Origin: the human T2T-CHM13v2.0 reference genome, Homo sapiens
Length of the DNA stretch: 64,000 nucleotides
Assembly: GCF_009914755.1 (NCBI RefSeq)
Contig: NC_060925.1
Strand: one strand, 5' to 3'
Shown: positions 17,606 through 31,692 of the stretch, piece after piece
Position numbering within the stretch: the stretch's first letter is position 1
How the letters are laid out: every line of letters begins with the position of its first letter
Made by a program: the position numbers and the translations under genes
Notes under the pieces: model-generated
What the model was told of the DNA's origin: nothing
Database searches by the model: none
What the model saw: only the letters and a program-made list of their open reading frames with translations

Positions 17606-18078
17606 TGTGTAGCACCCAATTCTGTCGCTGTTCAGGGCGCCACTATATAACCCGCACGGATCAAGGGGAACTGAAAAAAGAGGGAGTGAATGCGGGAATA
17701 GAAGACAAAGACAAAACAGTATATTTGGAAGAAGGAGTCAGGGGGCACCTTGCCTCTAGTGGACAAGGGCCCTGAGCTCTACACAGCCCTCCGTATTTCT
17801 AGGCAAAAGAGATAGTGAGAAGGTGGGTGGAAGAAGGGGTCAGCTGCTCGGTCCGGAGTAGGCTTTCAAGACTGCATTCTTCGAACAACAGGCTCTAGAT
17901 GTCGCAGTAGATAACGTCGGTGTCAGGGAGTGATTGAGTCCAGCAAATCTTCTGTCGGCAGGAGCACTTGTGAGTTTGCTCATATCCTGCATTCATGATA
18001 AACAGTTTGCTGTTTGATCATATAGCTTCCAGTGGAATGCTGAGTTGGTCATGTCCCATGGGCCTTCGGCTCCCTGCA
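17606..18078 (-). mobile_element. LTR3-family (HERV-K HML-6) solo LTR inserted in an old L1
   Basis: TG...CA termini and a 6-bp TSD cttgcc (17600-17605, 18079-18084). The minus strand contains gaccaactcagcattccactgga..tatatgatcaaacagcaaactgtttatcatgaatgcagga, typical of LTR3. Confidence 0.85.
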
Positions 18079-18663
18079 CTTGCCTTGTTCCAGATATTAA
18101 AGGCATAGTCCTCAGGGGCTTATTACTAAGAATGATGTTAGCTGAAGTCATGTTGTAGATGCCCTTTATCAGATTGATGAAACTATCTTCTAATTCCAGT
18201 TTGCTGGATTTTATTTAAGCCCCATGCTGATTTTGGTCAAATGCTTTTTCTGTGTCTATTGAGATGGCCACATTTCTTCTCCTTATCATTAATGTGGTGG
18301 ATTACATTTATTTATTTTCAAATACAAAACCAATTTTATATTCCTGGGATAAAACCCACTTGGTCATGTTGTATTAATCCTTTTATTTATAGCTGGATTC
18401 AATTTGTTAATATTTTGTTAAACAGCTTTATGTATGTTCATAAGAGATTTTTAACTTTTCATAATGTCTTTACTAGATTTTAGTATCTGAATTATACTAG
18501 CCTCACAAAATTAGTTGAGAAGTTATTTCTTCTTCATTTTCTGAAGCTGTTTGTTAGATTTTACAGTGTCTTTCACAAATGTTTGAGAATTCACTTTTGA
18601 TACTCTCTGGGCCTGAAGTTTTCTTTGTAGGAATGTTTTCTATCACAAAGTGAATTTCCTTGA

Positions 18664-18999
<336 letters not shown>

Positions 19000-20319
19000 A
19001 AGACTATTCAGTTTTTAAATTTAATTTTGTGTCAGTTTTGGAAAGCTGCATTTTTCCAGGAATTTGTTTCATCGAAGGCATCAAATTTATTGGTGTAAAG
19101 TTGTTTTTAGAATTCGATTATCTTTTTGAAGTTTACAGATACATAATCATGCTCCTCCTTCATTATCAGTATTGGTATATAATAAGCTTTTTCTAGGCAT
19201 TTTCAATTTTTTTGATCTTTTGAAAAAATCCATTTTGGTTTTGTTTATTGTCTCTGTTGTCTATTTTCTAATTAATTGATATCTGCTATTGTCTTTACTT
19301 TCTTCTTTCTTGGGTTTAATTTGCTTATTTTTTTCCACCTTCTGGTAACTTAAATATTACATTTTAACACTTCTTCCTTTCTAATATGAACAATTAAAGC
19401 TATAAATTTCTCTGTAAGCAGTGCTTTAACTGCATCCCAAAAATGCTAACACATTTTTTATTATCATTCAGTTCAAAATATTTTCAGAAATACACTATCT
19501 AATTTCCAAATCTTTGGGGGTTTTCCAAATATCTTTTTGTTACTGACTTGTATTTTAATTCAACTGTAATCAGAAAACATACTCTGTTAGATCTCAATCT
19601 TCTAAAACTTATTAAGACTTGTTTCATGGCCCTGGATATGGTCTATCTTGGTAAAAGTTCCATGGTACCTAAAAAGACTGTTTATTCTGTATTTTTTGGG
19701 TATTGGGTTCTATAAATATTAACTGGGGCAAGCTGGTTAACAGGGCTATTAAGATCTTCTATATCTGTACAGACTTTTGGCTTAGTTGTTCTACTAATTG
19801 CTCTAAAAGGGATATGAAAATCTCCAAGTATGACTGTGGACTTGAATCCTTTCTTCCATCTGTCAGTTTTATGGTTTATGTATTTTGAAGCTAATTAGGC
19901 ATACATACATTTGGGATTATGTCTTTCTGATATATTGAGTTTTTAAAATTATAAAATGTCCCTGTTTATCTCTGGTAGTACTCCTTGAAGTCCATCTTTT
20001 CCATTATTAAATTATCTATTCTAACTCTCGAATTATTTGTTTGCACAGTATATCCTCTCCCATCCTTTTACTTTGAAGCTTTGTATCTTTTGTTAAGTGC
20101 ATGCCTTGCAGACAGCTTAAAGTTGGGCAATGCTTTTATCCAACTTGACAATCTCTATCTTTTAATTGTAATGTTAAGTTGATTTACATTTGATTTGGCT
20201 GGATTTGGCTGGACTGGCCATTTTAGTGTTTTGCATTTGTCTCATCTGTTTGCTGTTTCTCTGTTCCTCTTTTGGGGTGAACTGAAAAAAAAAATTTAGT
20301 ATTCTTATTGTCTTTTAAA

Positions 20320-21370
20320 AACAGCTTTATTGAAATATAACTCATATACCATACAATTCACCCATTTAAAGTATAGAATTCAATGTTTTGTTGTTGTTGT
20401 TGTTTTGAAACAAGGTCTTGCTTTGTCACCTATGATGGAGTACAGTGGCGATCACAGTCCCACAAGGTCACAAGGTCACAGCCTTGACCTTCTGTGCACA
20501 AGTGATCCTCCCATCTCAGCTTCCCAAATAGCTGGGACTACAGGTGCATGCCACCATGCCAATTTTGTTGTTTTTTTTTTTTTTTTTTTTTGCAGAGATG
20601 AGATCTTACTGTGTTGCCCAGGCTGGTCTCAAACTCCTGGGCTCAAGCAATTCTCCCACCTCAGCCTCCCCAAGTGCTGGGATTACAGGCATGAGCCTCT
20701 GCACCTGGCCCAGTTCAATGTTTTAAAAAATATACTCATAGGTTTGGAAAAACATCACCACAATCAAATTATAGATCATTTTCATCCCCTTCAAAGAAAC
20801 CCTGTACTCATTAGCTGTCCTTCCCCTCATTTCCCCAGCCCAAAGCAAACACGAATCAACTCTCTTTCTCTATAGATCTGCTTATTCTAGACATTTTATG
20901 TAAATGATATAATACAATATGTGGTCTTCTGTGACTGGCTTTTTTCACTTAACTTTTCAAGATTCATCCATGTTACAACATGAATCAGTACTTCGTTTCT
21001 TTTTATTGCTGAACAATATCCCACTGTATGGATATACCACATTTTATTTTTCCATTCGTCAGCTGATGGACATTTGGATTGTTTCCACTTTTTTACTATT
21101 TTAAATAAGGCTGCTATGAACATCCATGTGTATGTTTTTCTGTGGATGTGGGTTTTCATTTCCACTGGGTATATATCTAGGAGGGGAACTGCTGGGTCTT
21201 GTGTAACTCTACATTTAACTTCTTAAAAACCTACCAAACTATTTTACAAAGCAGCTGCAATACTGTACACTTCCACCAGCAGTGTATGATTTCCTATTTC
21301 TCCACATCCTTGTGAACACTTGTTATTGTTCTATCTTTTTTATTATAGCCATCCTAGTGGATGTGAACTA
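20320..21370 (-). mobile_element. L1MB 3' end (reverse) with an Alu insert
   Basis: cagctttattgaaatataa..., gatggacatttggattgtttccac, ttatagccatcctagtgg. Confidence 0.85.
20388..20710 (-). mobile_element. AluJ
   Basis: Reverse dimer, (GTT)n tail, TSD ttcaatgtttt. Confidence 0.93.
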
Positions 21371-21883
21371 GTATTTTGTGGGCCTCTATTGTCCTTTGCT
21401 GAACTCTTTGCATTTTTGTTTTACTGGTTGCTTTAGAAATTAAAATATACATCCATAACTAATACAATCTACTTAGAGTTAATGCTGTACTACTAAACAC
21501 TAAATACAGATATCTTGTAACAGCATTATTCTATTTATCCCAATCCTTTGTGCTACTGTTATAAACCCTACAATACAGTGCTTTAATTTTTCTTTAACCA
21601 CTAATATGTCTTTTGAAGAAATTAAGAAAATAATCTATAGTCTTTCAAATTTATTCACTGATTTGCCATTTCTATTGATCTTTATTCATTTCTGAAGATA
21701 TGAGTTACCAGTTAGTGTCATTTCCAGTGTTATTTCTAGTATTAGTTCTTTAGCCTGAAGTACTTATTTTACCATTTCTTATATTACAGGTCTGCTGGTG
21801 ATGAATTCTTGTTTTTATCTGAAAAATGTCTTCAGTTAATCTTCATTCCTGAAGACTAGTTTTTCTGGATATGAAATTCTAGA

Positions 21884-22227
<344 letters not shown>

Positions 22228-22989
22228 TCAATTACTATACATATTTTCTTTCATAGTCCTCAAGCATATTTATAATGACTGCTTTAACATCTTTGACTTC
22301 GAATATGAACACTTGGTCATCTTGAAGATATTTTGTTATTGACTACTTTCTCTTGAACGTGGTAACATTTTCCTGTTTCTTCACATGTGTAGTGATTTTT
22401 GGATTGGTTATTACACATTATGCATAATATGTTGTCATGACTCTAGATTCTGTAACATTCCTCTGAAGATGGATCTTTGTTCTAGCAGGCAGTTAATTCG
22501 GTGAGACTCAATTTCCAAATTCTGTCTCTCCTGCCATCAGCATCTGCTGAAAGCTCTTCTCCATTCTTTTAGCTTCCACGTGCTGCTTTTTCATTGCATT
22601 TCCTGGGCCTCCCCACACATATGAAGGAATTGGGTGGATGTTAAATGCAGGTTTGGGCACTAATCTTTCTGCATCTCCTCCCCTTCCACGATTTTTTGCC
22701 AAAGTTTCTGGCTGTTCTACTAGTCCTGAGCCCTGTTATCTAAGATTTCTGCCTCTGGAGCCAGGCACAGACTGGGGAGTACCTTCAGGGGCAAGTTCCT
22801 TCCTTTCAGATTGAGTTTATCTTTTCTTTCACTTCCTTTCCAGTGCCTTTAAATAGCTGTTTACAATATATAAATACATATATGTAATTGTTAAATCTAC
22901 ATTTCAATAATCTTTGTCTGTGGGAGGTTAGTGTGAGTAATCTATTATGTCATCACCAGCAGCTGAAATAATCAATGTTGTTTTGATTC

Positions 22990-23270
22990 AGTGTCTCACA
23001 CTGGGTGAATTTTTTTGATTCTTTATCCACCTTCCAGAGGTTCATCTTCATCCTGGCTGACTTTCCAAGTTGTCACAAGATGGAACCAGCAGCTTTCAGA
23101 GCTACATGCTTCCATCTTCAAAACCAGAGAAGGAAGAAAGAGTTAAGCCAACAAACGTGGTCCTGGGCTTCACTCCAACTAAATAAATTTTTAGAAAACA
23201 TAACCACCCTTGAACCAAGCACTGTGGCCAGTAGAATGCTATGAGCTGACTGGCTTAGGCTTGGGTCACT
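22990..23270 (-). mobile_element. Old MLT1 (J/K/L-like) LTR fragment
   Basis: cacaagatgg..cagcagct and cccttgaaccaa..ctgtggccag..ctgactggcttaggc motifs of reversed old MLT1. Confidence 0.55.
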
Positions 23271-23739
23271 GGTCATCTTCTCCCTCTAGCCTTATTCCTT
23301 GTTTCTGACTCCCTGAAGGCCTACAACCCCACTTACAGGTCCTTGTTGCTTTTGTAAGCCAGGGGAGTGATGCTGTTGAATACTCTTCCTCAAAAGCATG
23401 GCCTTTTGTGGCTCCCAATTTTAAACACACAGGTCAATTGCAATTCTCTGACTCTCAGAAGCCTAAAGTCTTTTCTCCTCACCTCATATAGCCCTTAAAA
23501 CTATGGTTCCCACTCCCCATTGGCCATTTTGGCTTTAGCTCTCTTTCATATCTGAGTTTGAGTTTTCTTGTCATTTCTGGTATCTGGAGATTTCCTTTGC
23601 TTGCTTTCAAACTTAATTAGGTAGTAATAAAAAAAAACTGAGAAAGGGAGCTTATATTTTATCCAGCATTTCTATGTATTTGCAGAAGACAAAAAGAGGA
23701 ATCTTCTCATATTAACTAAATCCACCATCAGTAACTCTC

Positions 23740-24280
23740 CTTAGCCTTCAGGATATAGAACCAATTCTAATTCATTTAACACAGAGGGCCCTTCAAGGTA
23801 TTATTTACCCTCTTAGTTTCATGACCTGAATACCCCCAAACGCAATCTTTTCTTTTGCGAAGGAAAGAACTTTTTGTAGTTCTCTGTTCATGCCATGCTG
23901 TTTCTTCTTTCTATGCCTTTTCTGATACTGTTTACTCTATACAGAATATTATCTCAAGGTGCCCATGCCCTCACACACAAATTTTGATCTAGTCAACTGA
24001 TACTCATTCTAAAAGTCTCCAATAAACATGGCTTCTTAAAAGCCTTTTCTGTCTCTCCCTCCCCTATACCAACTAAGACTAAGATGGTCCCTTCCTGGGG
24101 TCCTGTAACACTCTATACACACTTCTGAAATACAAATATCACTCCAATTGTTGACTTACTTTTCCCACTAGACTACACTCCTTGAAAGAAATATGTCTTA
24201 TGTAATTGATTACTTCTAGTACTTCATTCTTTGCTTGGCACATATTAGATATTTGACAAATGTTTGTTGAATGAATGGAG
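23740..24280 (+). mobile_element. L2 3' end
   Basis: cccactagact..ctccttgaa and ttggcacatattagatatttgacaaatgtttgttgaatgaatg tail. Confidence 0.75.
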
Positions 24281-24648
24281 AGACAGATTCTTTTTTCTTA
24301 TTTTTTTAAATTAATAGATTTATTATTTAGAGCATTTTTTTTTGGTTTACAGAAAAACTGAACAGAAAGTACAAAGTTCTCATATAATTGGCAAAACCTG
24401 GAAGTAACCAAGATGTCCTTCAGTAGGTGGATGATACATAAACTGCGGTACATCAGACAATGGACAATTATTTAGCAATAAAAAGAAATGAGCTGGCCCC
24501 TCACCCCATGTGCAGACCCCATCATTGGAAGGCCTGGTGCCCACACCGTATCAAAGAAAAAAGGACTGAGTGCAGAAGAAAAGAGAGCCTGCATGATGGA
24601 AACATTTTTTAAAACAAAAGATGTATTTCAATTAAAAGACATGGAGAA

Positions 24649-24780
24649 GGCCAGGTGCGGTGGCTCATGCTTGCAATAGTAGCACTTTGGGAGGTTGATG
24701 CAGGAGGACTGCTTGAGGCCAGGAGTTCAAGATCAATCTGGCCAACATAGCGAGATGCCATCTCTTGAAAAAAAAAAAAA
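24649..24780 (+). mobile_element. FLAM/Alu left monomer inside the MND1 pseudogene CDS
   Basis: Monomer plus A tail, TSD aaagacatggaga. Confidence 0.93.
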
Positions 24781-25095
24781 AAAGACATGGAGAGGACTGC
24801 TCCCAAAGAGAAAGGCATTACTGCTGTGTTAGTAAAAGAAAAAAGTCCTTCAAAGTTTAGTTGATAATGATATGGTTGACTGTGAGAGAACTGGAACTTC
24901 TAATTATTATCAGTCTTTTCCAAGTAAAATTCTTCATGCAAGAACGTATAAATTGGAGGTTCTGAAATCTCAGTTGTTTCAGGGAAGCCAAAAGCATGCA
25001 AACTTACAGAAAAGCATCAGAAAAACTAAAATTGGCCAACATGAGATGAAGGAGTGAACCGTGTTAGCCAAAGAGCATTCTTCACTCTTGGATCA

Positions 25096-25655
<560 letters not shown>

Positions 25656-26619
25656 AAAAATTTTAAAAATCTTATCCAACTAAATGTACTGAACTGTCTT
25701 TTACCTGTAACAGTGTTTATCATTTTATTAAAGTATAAAATGTAAAAAAGAGAAAGAAATGAACCATCAAGCCATGAAAAGATGTAGAGAAATCTTAAAT
25801 GTGTATTCCTTTTGTAGTCATTTTAAGATTTTAGAAAATTATTTGTCAGACATACCCTACCTGATTAAATGTGTATTCCTAAGTGAAAGAAGCCAATCTG
25901 AAAAGGCTACATACATACTGTGGAATTCCAACTACATAATATTCTAGAAAAGACAATGGTAAAAACATCTGTGGTTGCTAAGGGTTGGAGGGATGAACAG
26001 GTGGAGCACCGAGGATTTTTAGGGCAGTGAAACTACTCTGATTGATAACATAATGGTGAACACATGCCATTATACACTTGTCAAAACCCAAAGAATGTAC
26101 ATCAAGAGTAAACCCTAATGTAAACTAAGGGCTTCAGGAGATAATGATGTGTCAGTGTAGGTTTGTCAATTGTAACATATGTACCACTCTGGTGAGGGAT
26201 GTTGATAGTGGAGGAGGCTGTACATGTGTGGGGCAGAGGGGTATATGACAATGCTCTGCTTAATTTTGCCGCAAATTTTAAATTGCTCTAAAAATTAAAG
26301 TATATTTTTTAAAATATGAAAGAGCTAAACATACATCTCAAGAAGAAGAAAAGGAACAGAAAAACAAACAAAAACCCCCAAAACCCAAGAAGTAGAAGGA
26401 AAGAAATAATAAAGATAGAAACTAATGAAACAGAACATAACTTAAAATAAAAATCAACAGAACTAAAACTTTGTTCCTTTGAAAAGTTCTAAGAAGAAAC
26501 TGAAAAGGTGAATAGTTTCTATACCTAAAAACTACAGAAGGAAGAAGTATCAGGGAGGCAGGCATGGTCAATAGTATATAATGCCATAACAAAGTAAAGT
26601 AAAATTCATATTGAAAACT

Positions 26620-26750
26620 GCCCAGTGGGGTGGTTCCCATCTATAATCTCAACACTTTGGGAGGCCAAGGCAGGAAGACTGCTTGAGGCCAGGAGTTTGA
26701 GACCAGCCTGGGCAATATAGCAAGACCCTGTTTCTTAAAAAAAGGAAAAG
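26620..26750 (+). mobile_element. FLAM monomer
   Basis: Monomer, TSD gaaaactgccca. Confidence 0.88.
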
Positions 26751-26939
26751 AAAACTGCCCAATCTAACAATGAGGACATCACTGATATCTTGGGCAAGAA
26801 TAATTTAAGTGGAATGGAATGAAGTAGAACAAGTTTCTAAAAGGAAAAAAAAATCCCGGATGTGTTGACATTAATGCTGACCTATATCTGCAAGAAGCTA
26901 GATTTGATTTATCTTTATCTTTGCACAGTGCCTCACATA

Positions 26940-27330
26940 TCGCTGCTTGCAACACTATTTGCTGAATTAATTCAGTTGGATGGAAAAGAAAGGACCACAC
27001 ATAAAGGGCTTTAAATGCTTGACAGTATTGAGACTTAAATGAAGAAGTTTTAAGATTTCTAAACAGATATACAGTCTGATGTTTAAAGAAGATTAATCTG
27101 GATGTTAGCTTAAGACTTTTAAAGGTAATACTGAGGAAAGGGAGACTAGTTAGGAAGTTGTTGCAGCAATCTAGGCCCTTCTGGATTAGGATAGGCCAAC
27201 AGCAGTGAAGATAAAGGGTGAAATTTGAGAGACATTATGAAAGTAAACTTCTTAGGATTTGTCAACAAATGGATATGAAAGTTAGAAGAAAAAGATGTTA
27301 AAGGTATGAAAGACTGAAAAACTTTAGATA
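26940..27330 (-). mobile_element. L2 fragment
   Basis: gagactagttaggaagttgttgcagcaatctagg motif. Confidence 0.6.
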
Positions 27331-28269
27331 ATAAAAAATGAAGGTCAGTGGTAACACACACTGGCATTTTAACTAAATGCAACCTCAACTTGATCTATTT
27401 CTATGGTTTAAGAAATTCAGGTATTTAATTTTCAGCATACAACTTTTGGTCACAAAATAAATTTTCTTGAACAAATGAATGTTAAATCTAGATGTAAACT
27501 GAGATCTTTATAAATGAATTTAAAAAGTGGAGAATTTATTCAAATTCAAATACTTTTATATTTATTTCCAGAAGGCAAGATAATGGGACAGTTTTGAAAT
27601 ATCTAGTAGAATATGCCAATTTTCCATAAAAGTTTTTTTTTCTTAACAGTTTAAATCTAGGAGACTAGTTTAAAATCAAAAAGTTATGCATGAGAAAAGC
27701 TAAAATGACAAATCTGGATATGTATATCAGAAGTTTTCTATTTGTGGAAACACACATACTTGCATAGTTCAAATGTATTTCCTGAGTCAGCATATACTGG
27801 AAGGTTTCTCACCTTCCTCTTTTCATCTTATTTTGGCTCACCTTCTCCCTCAAAACATCTTGAAACATAGATACTATGGAAACAAATGAAAATGATCTAT
27901 CTCTGAAAGCATTCAGAATCAAATAGCTCAGCATTCCTCTTCTTTTTCACTAAACTGTGCTCTGCACCACAAAATTAAACAGACATCCCTAGGGATACAG
28001 ATTTGCCAAGAGAGTTCCTGGCAAAAATAAAACCTGGCCCTTCTCCAGACTGCTATACATGGACAACAATGGAAGTTCTACAGATGGAGATTGATTGCTG
28101 GCTGGCTGGCGGGCCTGTGGTTACTTACTAGCGTCAAGATGAAGAATATTAGGCACAGATCATTTTCATGTCCAAAGACTTCTGACAACAAATGTGCTCT
28201 GCCTGACTTCTCACATTCAGCAACAGTGAGAGTTATTTACTGAAGAGATAGTTCTAATTCTAGCTCTAT

Positions 28270-28400
28270 TCCTTTATGTATCAGACAAGCAAACTGAAGC
28301 CCAGCGAAGGTGGGTCATTTGCTCAGAATCATACAGCTAGTTGGTGACAGGACAAAACACAGGTCTTGAGATTCCCAGTTCAATATTTCCACCTCTCTAT
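28270..28400 (-). mobile_element. MIR fragment
   Basis: aaactgaagcccag..tttgctcagaatcatacagctag. Confidence 0.65.
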
Positions 28401-29002
28401 TGAGCAACACGACTGTCTAAATAATACTAAAAAGAACGTGTTGCTCACATCTTAAACTCTTTTAATCTAAGTCATTTCATAACTTGACATTCCCGTTCAG
28501 TGTTTTGCTAGAAATTGCAATATACTTTTATTTTGTGAGATACTATATATTAATATAACAGTTTTTTAAAGAACTATGTATTTTAAGTCCCAGAGTCACC
28601 AAAATAAAATGAGATTAGAAATGGTTTTAAAACTATTAAAACACAATTAATAAATTCTGAATCTTTAAACTTGGGGAGATTCTTTAAAAATTACGGCTCA
28701 ATATATTTAAAAGCAGAGAGGGGTACTGGAATCAAGGTCACAAGACCAGGATTTAAGTGCTATCCCTGCTACTGACTAGCTGCGTGACCTGAACATGTTT
28801 CGTCCTTATCTATAAAATCAACAGGGTCAATCAGGGTCACTGAAATTAGTTTTATCATTTAAAATACAGTTCCAGACAACTCAAGGATAAGATCTTTATG
28901 TTATCCTTATTATATTATAACGTGTTCAAGTAACTGAGCAAAAAAAAAAAATCCCTCACTATTCTATAACTAACTAACTAAAGACATTAAAACACAGGAA
29001 AT

Positions 29003-29330
29003 GGCTGGGCATGGTGGCTCATGTCTGTAATCCCAGCACTTTGGAAGGCTGAGGCGGGAGGATCAGGAGTTCACGACCAGCCTGGGTAACAAAGCGAGAC
29101 CCTGTCTCTACAAAAAATAGGAAGATAAAAATTAGCCAGGCTGGAACATCTACTCTGGTGGCTGGAACAGCTACTCAGGTGTCTGAGGTGGGATGATCGA
29201 TCACCTGGGCCCAAGAGTTCAAGGCTGCAATGAGCTATGATCACGCCACTGCATTCCAGCCTGGGCGACAGAGAGAGACTTCATCTCAAAAAGAAAAACA
29301 AAAGAACAACAATAAGAACAACAAAAAAAC
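29003..29330 (+). mobile_element. AluJ, internally rearranged
   Basis: Dimer, TSD cacaggaaa. Confidence 0.92.
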
Positions 29331-29548
29331 CTCACAGGAAACATCATCTCTACTATAAAAAAGCTGTAGATTTGGCTCTGCATAGAGTCAGCAAGAAAAA
29401 CAATGTCAGAAAAATGCAGTACAGAGTTGAAGTTATGGAAATCTGGATCACATCTTTCTGCATTCATTTAACTAAATAGGCAGCTTTGAAAACCTAAGTA
29501 TAGTTTTTCTGAAGGGAAAACAGAAGAACATAAAAGAAGCTCAGAGAA

Positions 29549-29872
<324 letters not shown>

Positions 29873-30380
29873 TCAGAGAAGCTGTTTTAGTCCAGTTCTG
29901 CCAGACCCTCCATAGCAAGTACCACGCAGCACTATCAGACATCAAGACCCTTTATCTATTGCTTTATTGAGTGCTGTTATACATGGTCCTGGATGATGAA
30001 GTTTGATCCTGTTTAATACACAGGTCATTTAGATCTTTGGTGAAAACTGTAAATCAACTGTAAAAACAACTTTTACTTTTGCTTTTCTACTACTTGAGAC
30101 AACTGTGAATTCACAAAGATATAGATACCCTTACATGCAATTCACTGTTCATTCACTCTATGGAAATCCAAAAAGCATAAACATAGTCCCTGTACCCACT
30201 AGCTACCAAGAGTTTACAATTGAATAGGATCATGAGTTTTACTATGTAATAAATTCTTACCAGTTTTATGTCCAATTTAATTGCACTTAAGTCCTTTGTC
30301 TCTTAACAGATGTAAAACAGAAAAATTAATTTGTAAGGTACTAGAAAAAAGGATTAAGGAATCATAAAGAGCTAATCCAA

Positions 30381-30532
30381 GGCTGGGCATGGTGGCTCAT
30401 ATCTGTAATCCCAGCACTTTGGGAGGCTGAAGCGGGCAGATTACCTGAGGTCAGGAGTTTGAGACCAGCCTGGCCAACATGAAGCCCTGTCTCTACTAAA
30501 AAATATTAAAAAAAAATAGCCGGGCATGGTGA
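30381..30532 (+). mobile_element. AluS, 3'-truncated
   Basis: Left arm and linker only; ends at gggcatggtga. Confidence 0.9.
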
Positions 30533-31276
30533 CTTCTTCCTAGCACATTAACTGGTGACTAACCTATCATAAATACCTTGCAAGTATTACTTCACAGATA
30601 CTGCATGATATACTTCTATCTAACTTTTGCAGATGTGACTTTCAATTTGTGGGGATCACAACAGAAATCCCCACATGCTTTATTTTTTACAGACTAAATG
30701 GTGATCCGGAAAGAAAAAGAGGCTCTGACACATCTTTCAGCCTCCTTTTGGGCTAGGATTGGAATTCATTCTAGTGGTGAATGAACCAACTATTGCCAAA
30801 GTTGCTTTTTTGGACAATGCTGCTTTTTAAAAAATCTCAGTACCAGGTCATTTGAATATCTAATTGGAAAAAATACATGTATCTTTAACTGTAATTATAC
30901 CATATACAAAAATCAATTCCTAACTGACTGCAGATCTAGCATGCTGGTAAAATGGTGTTCCTTGAGCATAAATGTACATTTCAATATTCATGTTATACTT
31001 TAATGAAAAGTTAAGGACTACTTTTTCTTGCTACTTAAGGTTCTGGCCTTTCACATAAAAAGCCAGCACCCCGATCTTGGATAAATACCAAAGTATACTG
31101 TAAAGGCTAGTAATGAAACTGGTTTTAAGCTAACTACAGATTAACCTTTACCCCAGGTCACAGCTTCACAGAATTAGGAACCTAATAATAGTCTGGCAGA
31201 ACAAATTTGTTCTTTTCTGATTTAAAAAATTAAAAAGGCATTAGAAATGAACGATTTTCAAGTAAAAATGTAACTG

Positions 31277-31692
31277 CAGCCTGGGCAACGTGGTGAAACC
31301 TTGTCTCTACAATACATACAAAAATTAGCCAGGCATGGTGGTGCACACCTGTAGTCCCAGCTACTCAGGAGGCTGAGCCAGAAGAATTAGCCAGGCATGG
31401 TGGTGCACACCTGTAGTCCCAGCTACTCAGGAGGCTGAGCCAGAAGAATTAGCCAGGCATGGTGGTGCACACCTGTAATCCCAGCTACTTGGGAGGCTGA
31501 GCCAGGAGAATTAGCCAGCCATGGTGGTGCATACTTGTAGTCCCAGCTAGTCTGGAGGCTGAGGTGAGGCTGAGGTGGGAGGATCACCTAAGCCCAGGGA
31601 GGTCAAAGCTGCAATGAGCTGTGATCACACCACTGCACTCCAGCCTGGGCAACAGAGCGAGACCTTTACTAAAAAAAAAAAAAAAAAAAAAG
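31277..31692 (+). mobile_element. 5'-truncated AluJ with an internal 62-bp tandem array
   Basis: Alu sequence with a repeated right-arm start. Confidence 0.92.
31323..31563 (+). repeat. 62-bp minisatellite (about 4 copies) within an Alu
   Basis: Units start at 31323, 31385, 31447 and 31509 (aattagccaggcatggtggtgcacacctgtagtcccagctactcaggaggctgagccagaag). Confidence 0.95.

Noticed and set aside
17624-17642. tRNA-Lys gene
   Set aside because: Only a 19-nt PBS-like complement within an LTR; no cloverleaf or A/B boxes.
24872-25057. Functional MND1 paralog
   Set aside because: Lost start codon, Alu insertion in the CDS, frameshifts, premature stops, intronless with tail and TSD.
31323-31563. 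Regularly spaced repeats resembling a CRISPR array
   Set aside because: Head-to-tail Alu-derived units with no unique spacers, no cas genes and a eukaryotic context.
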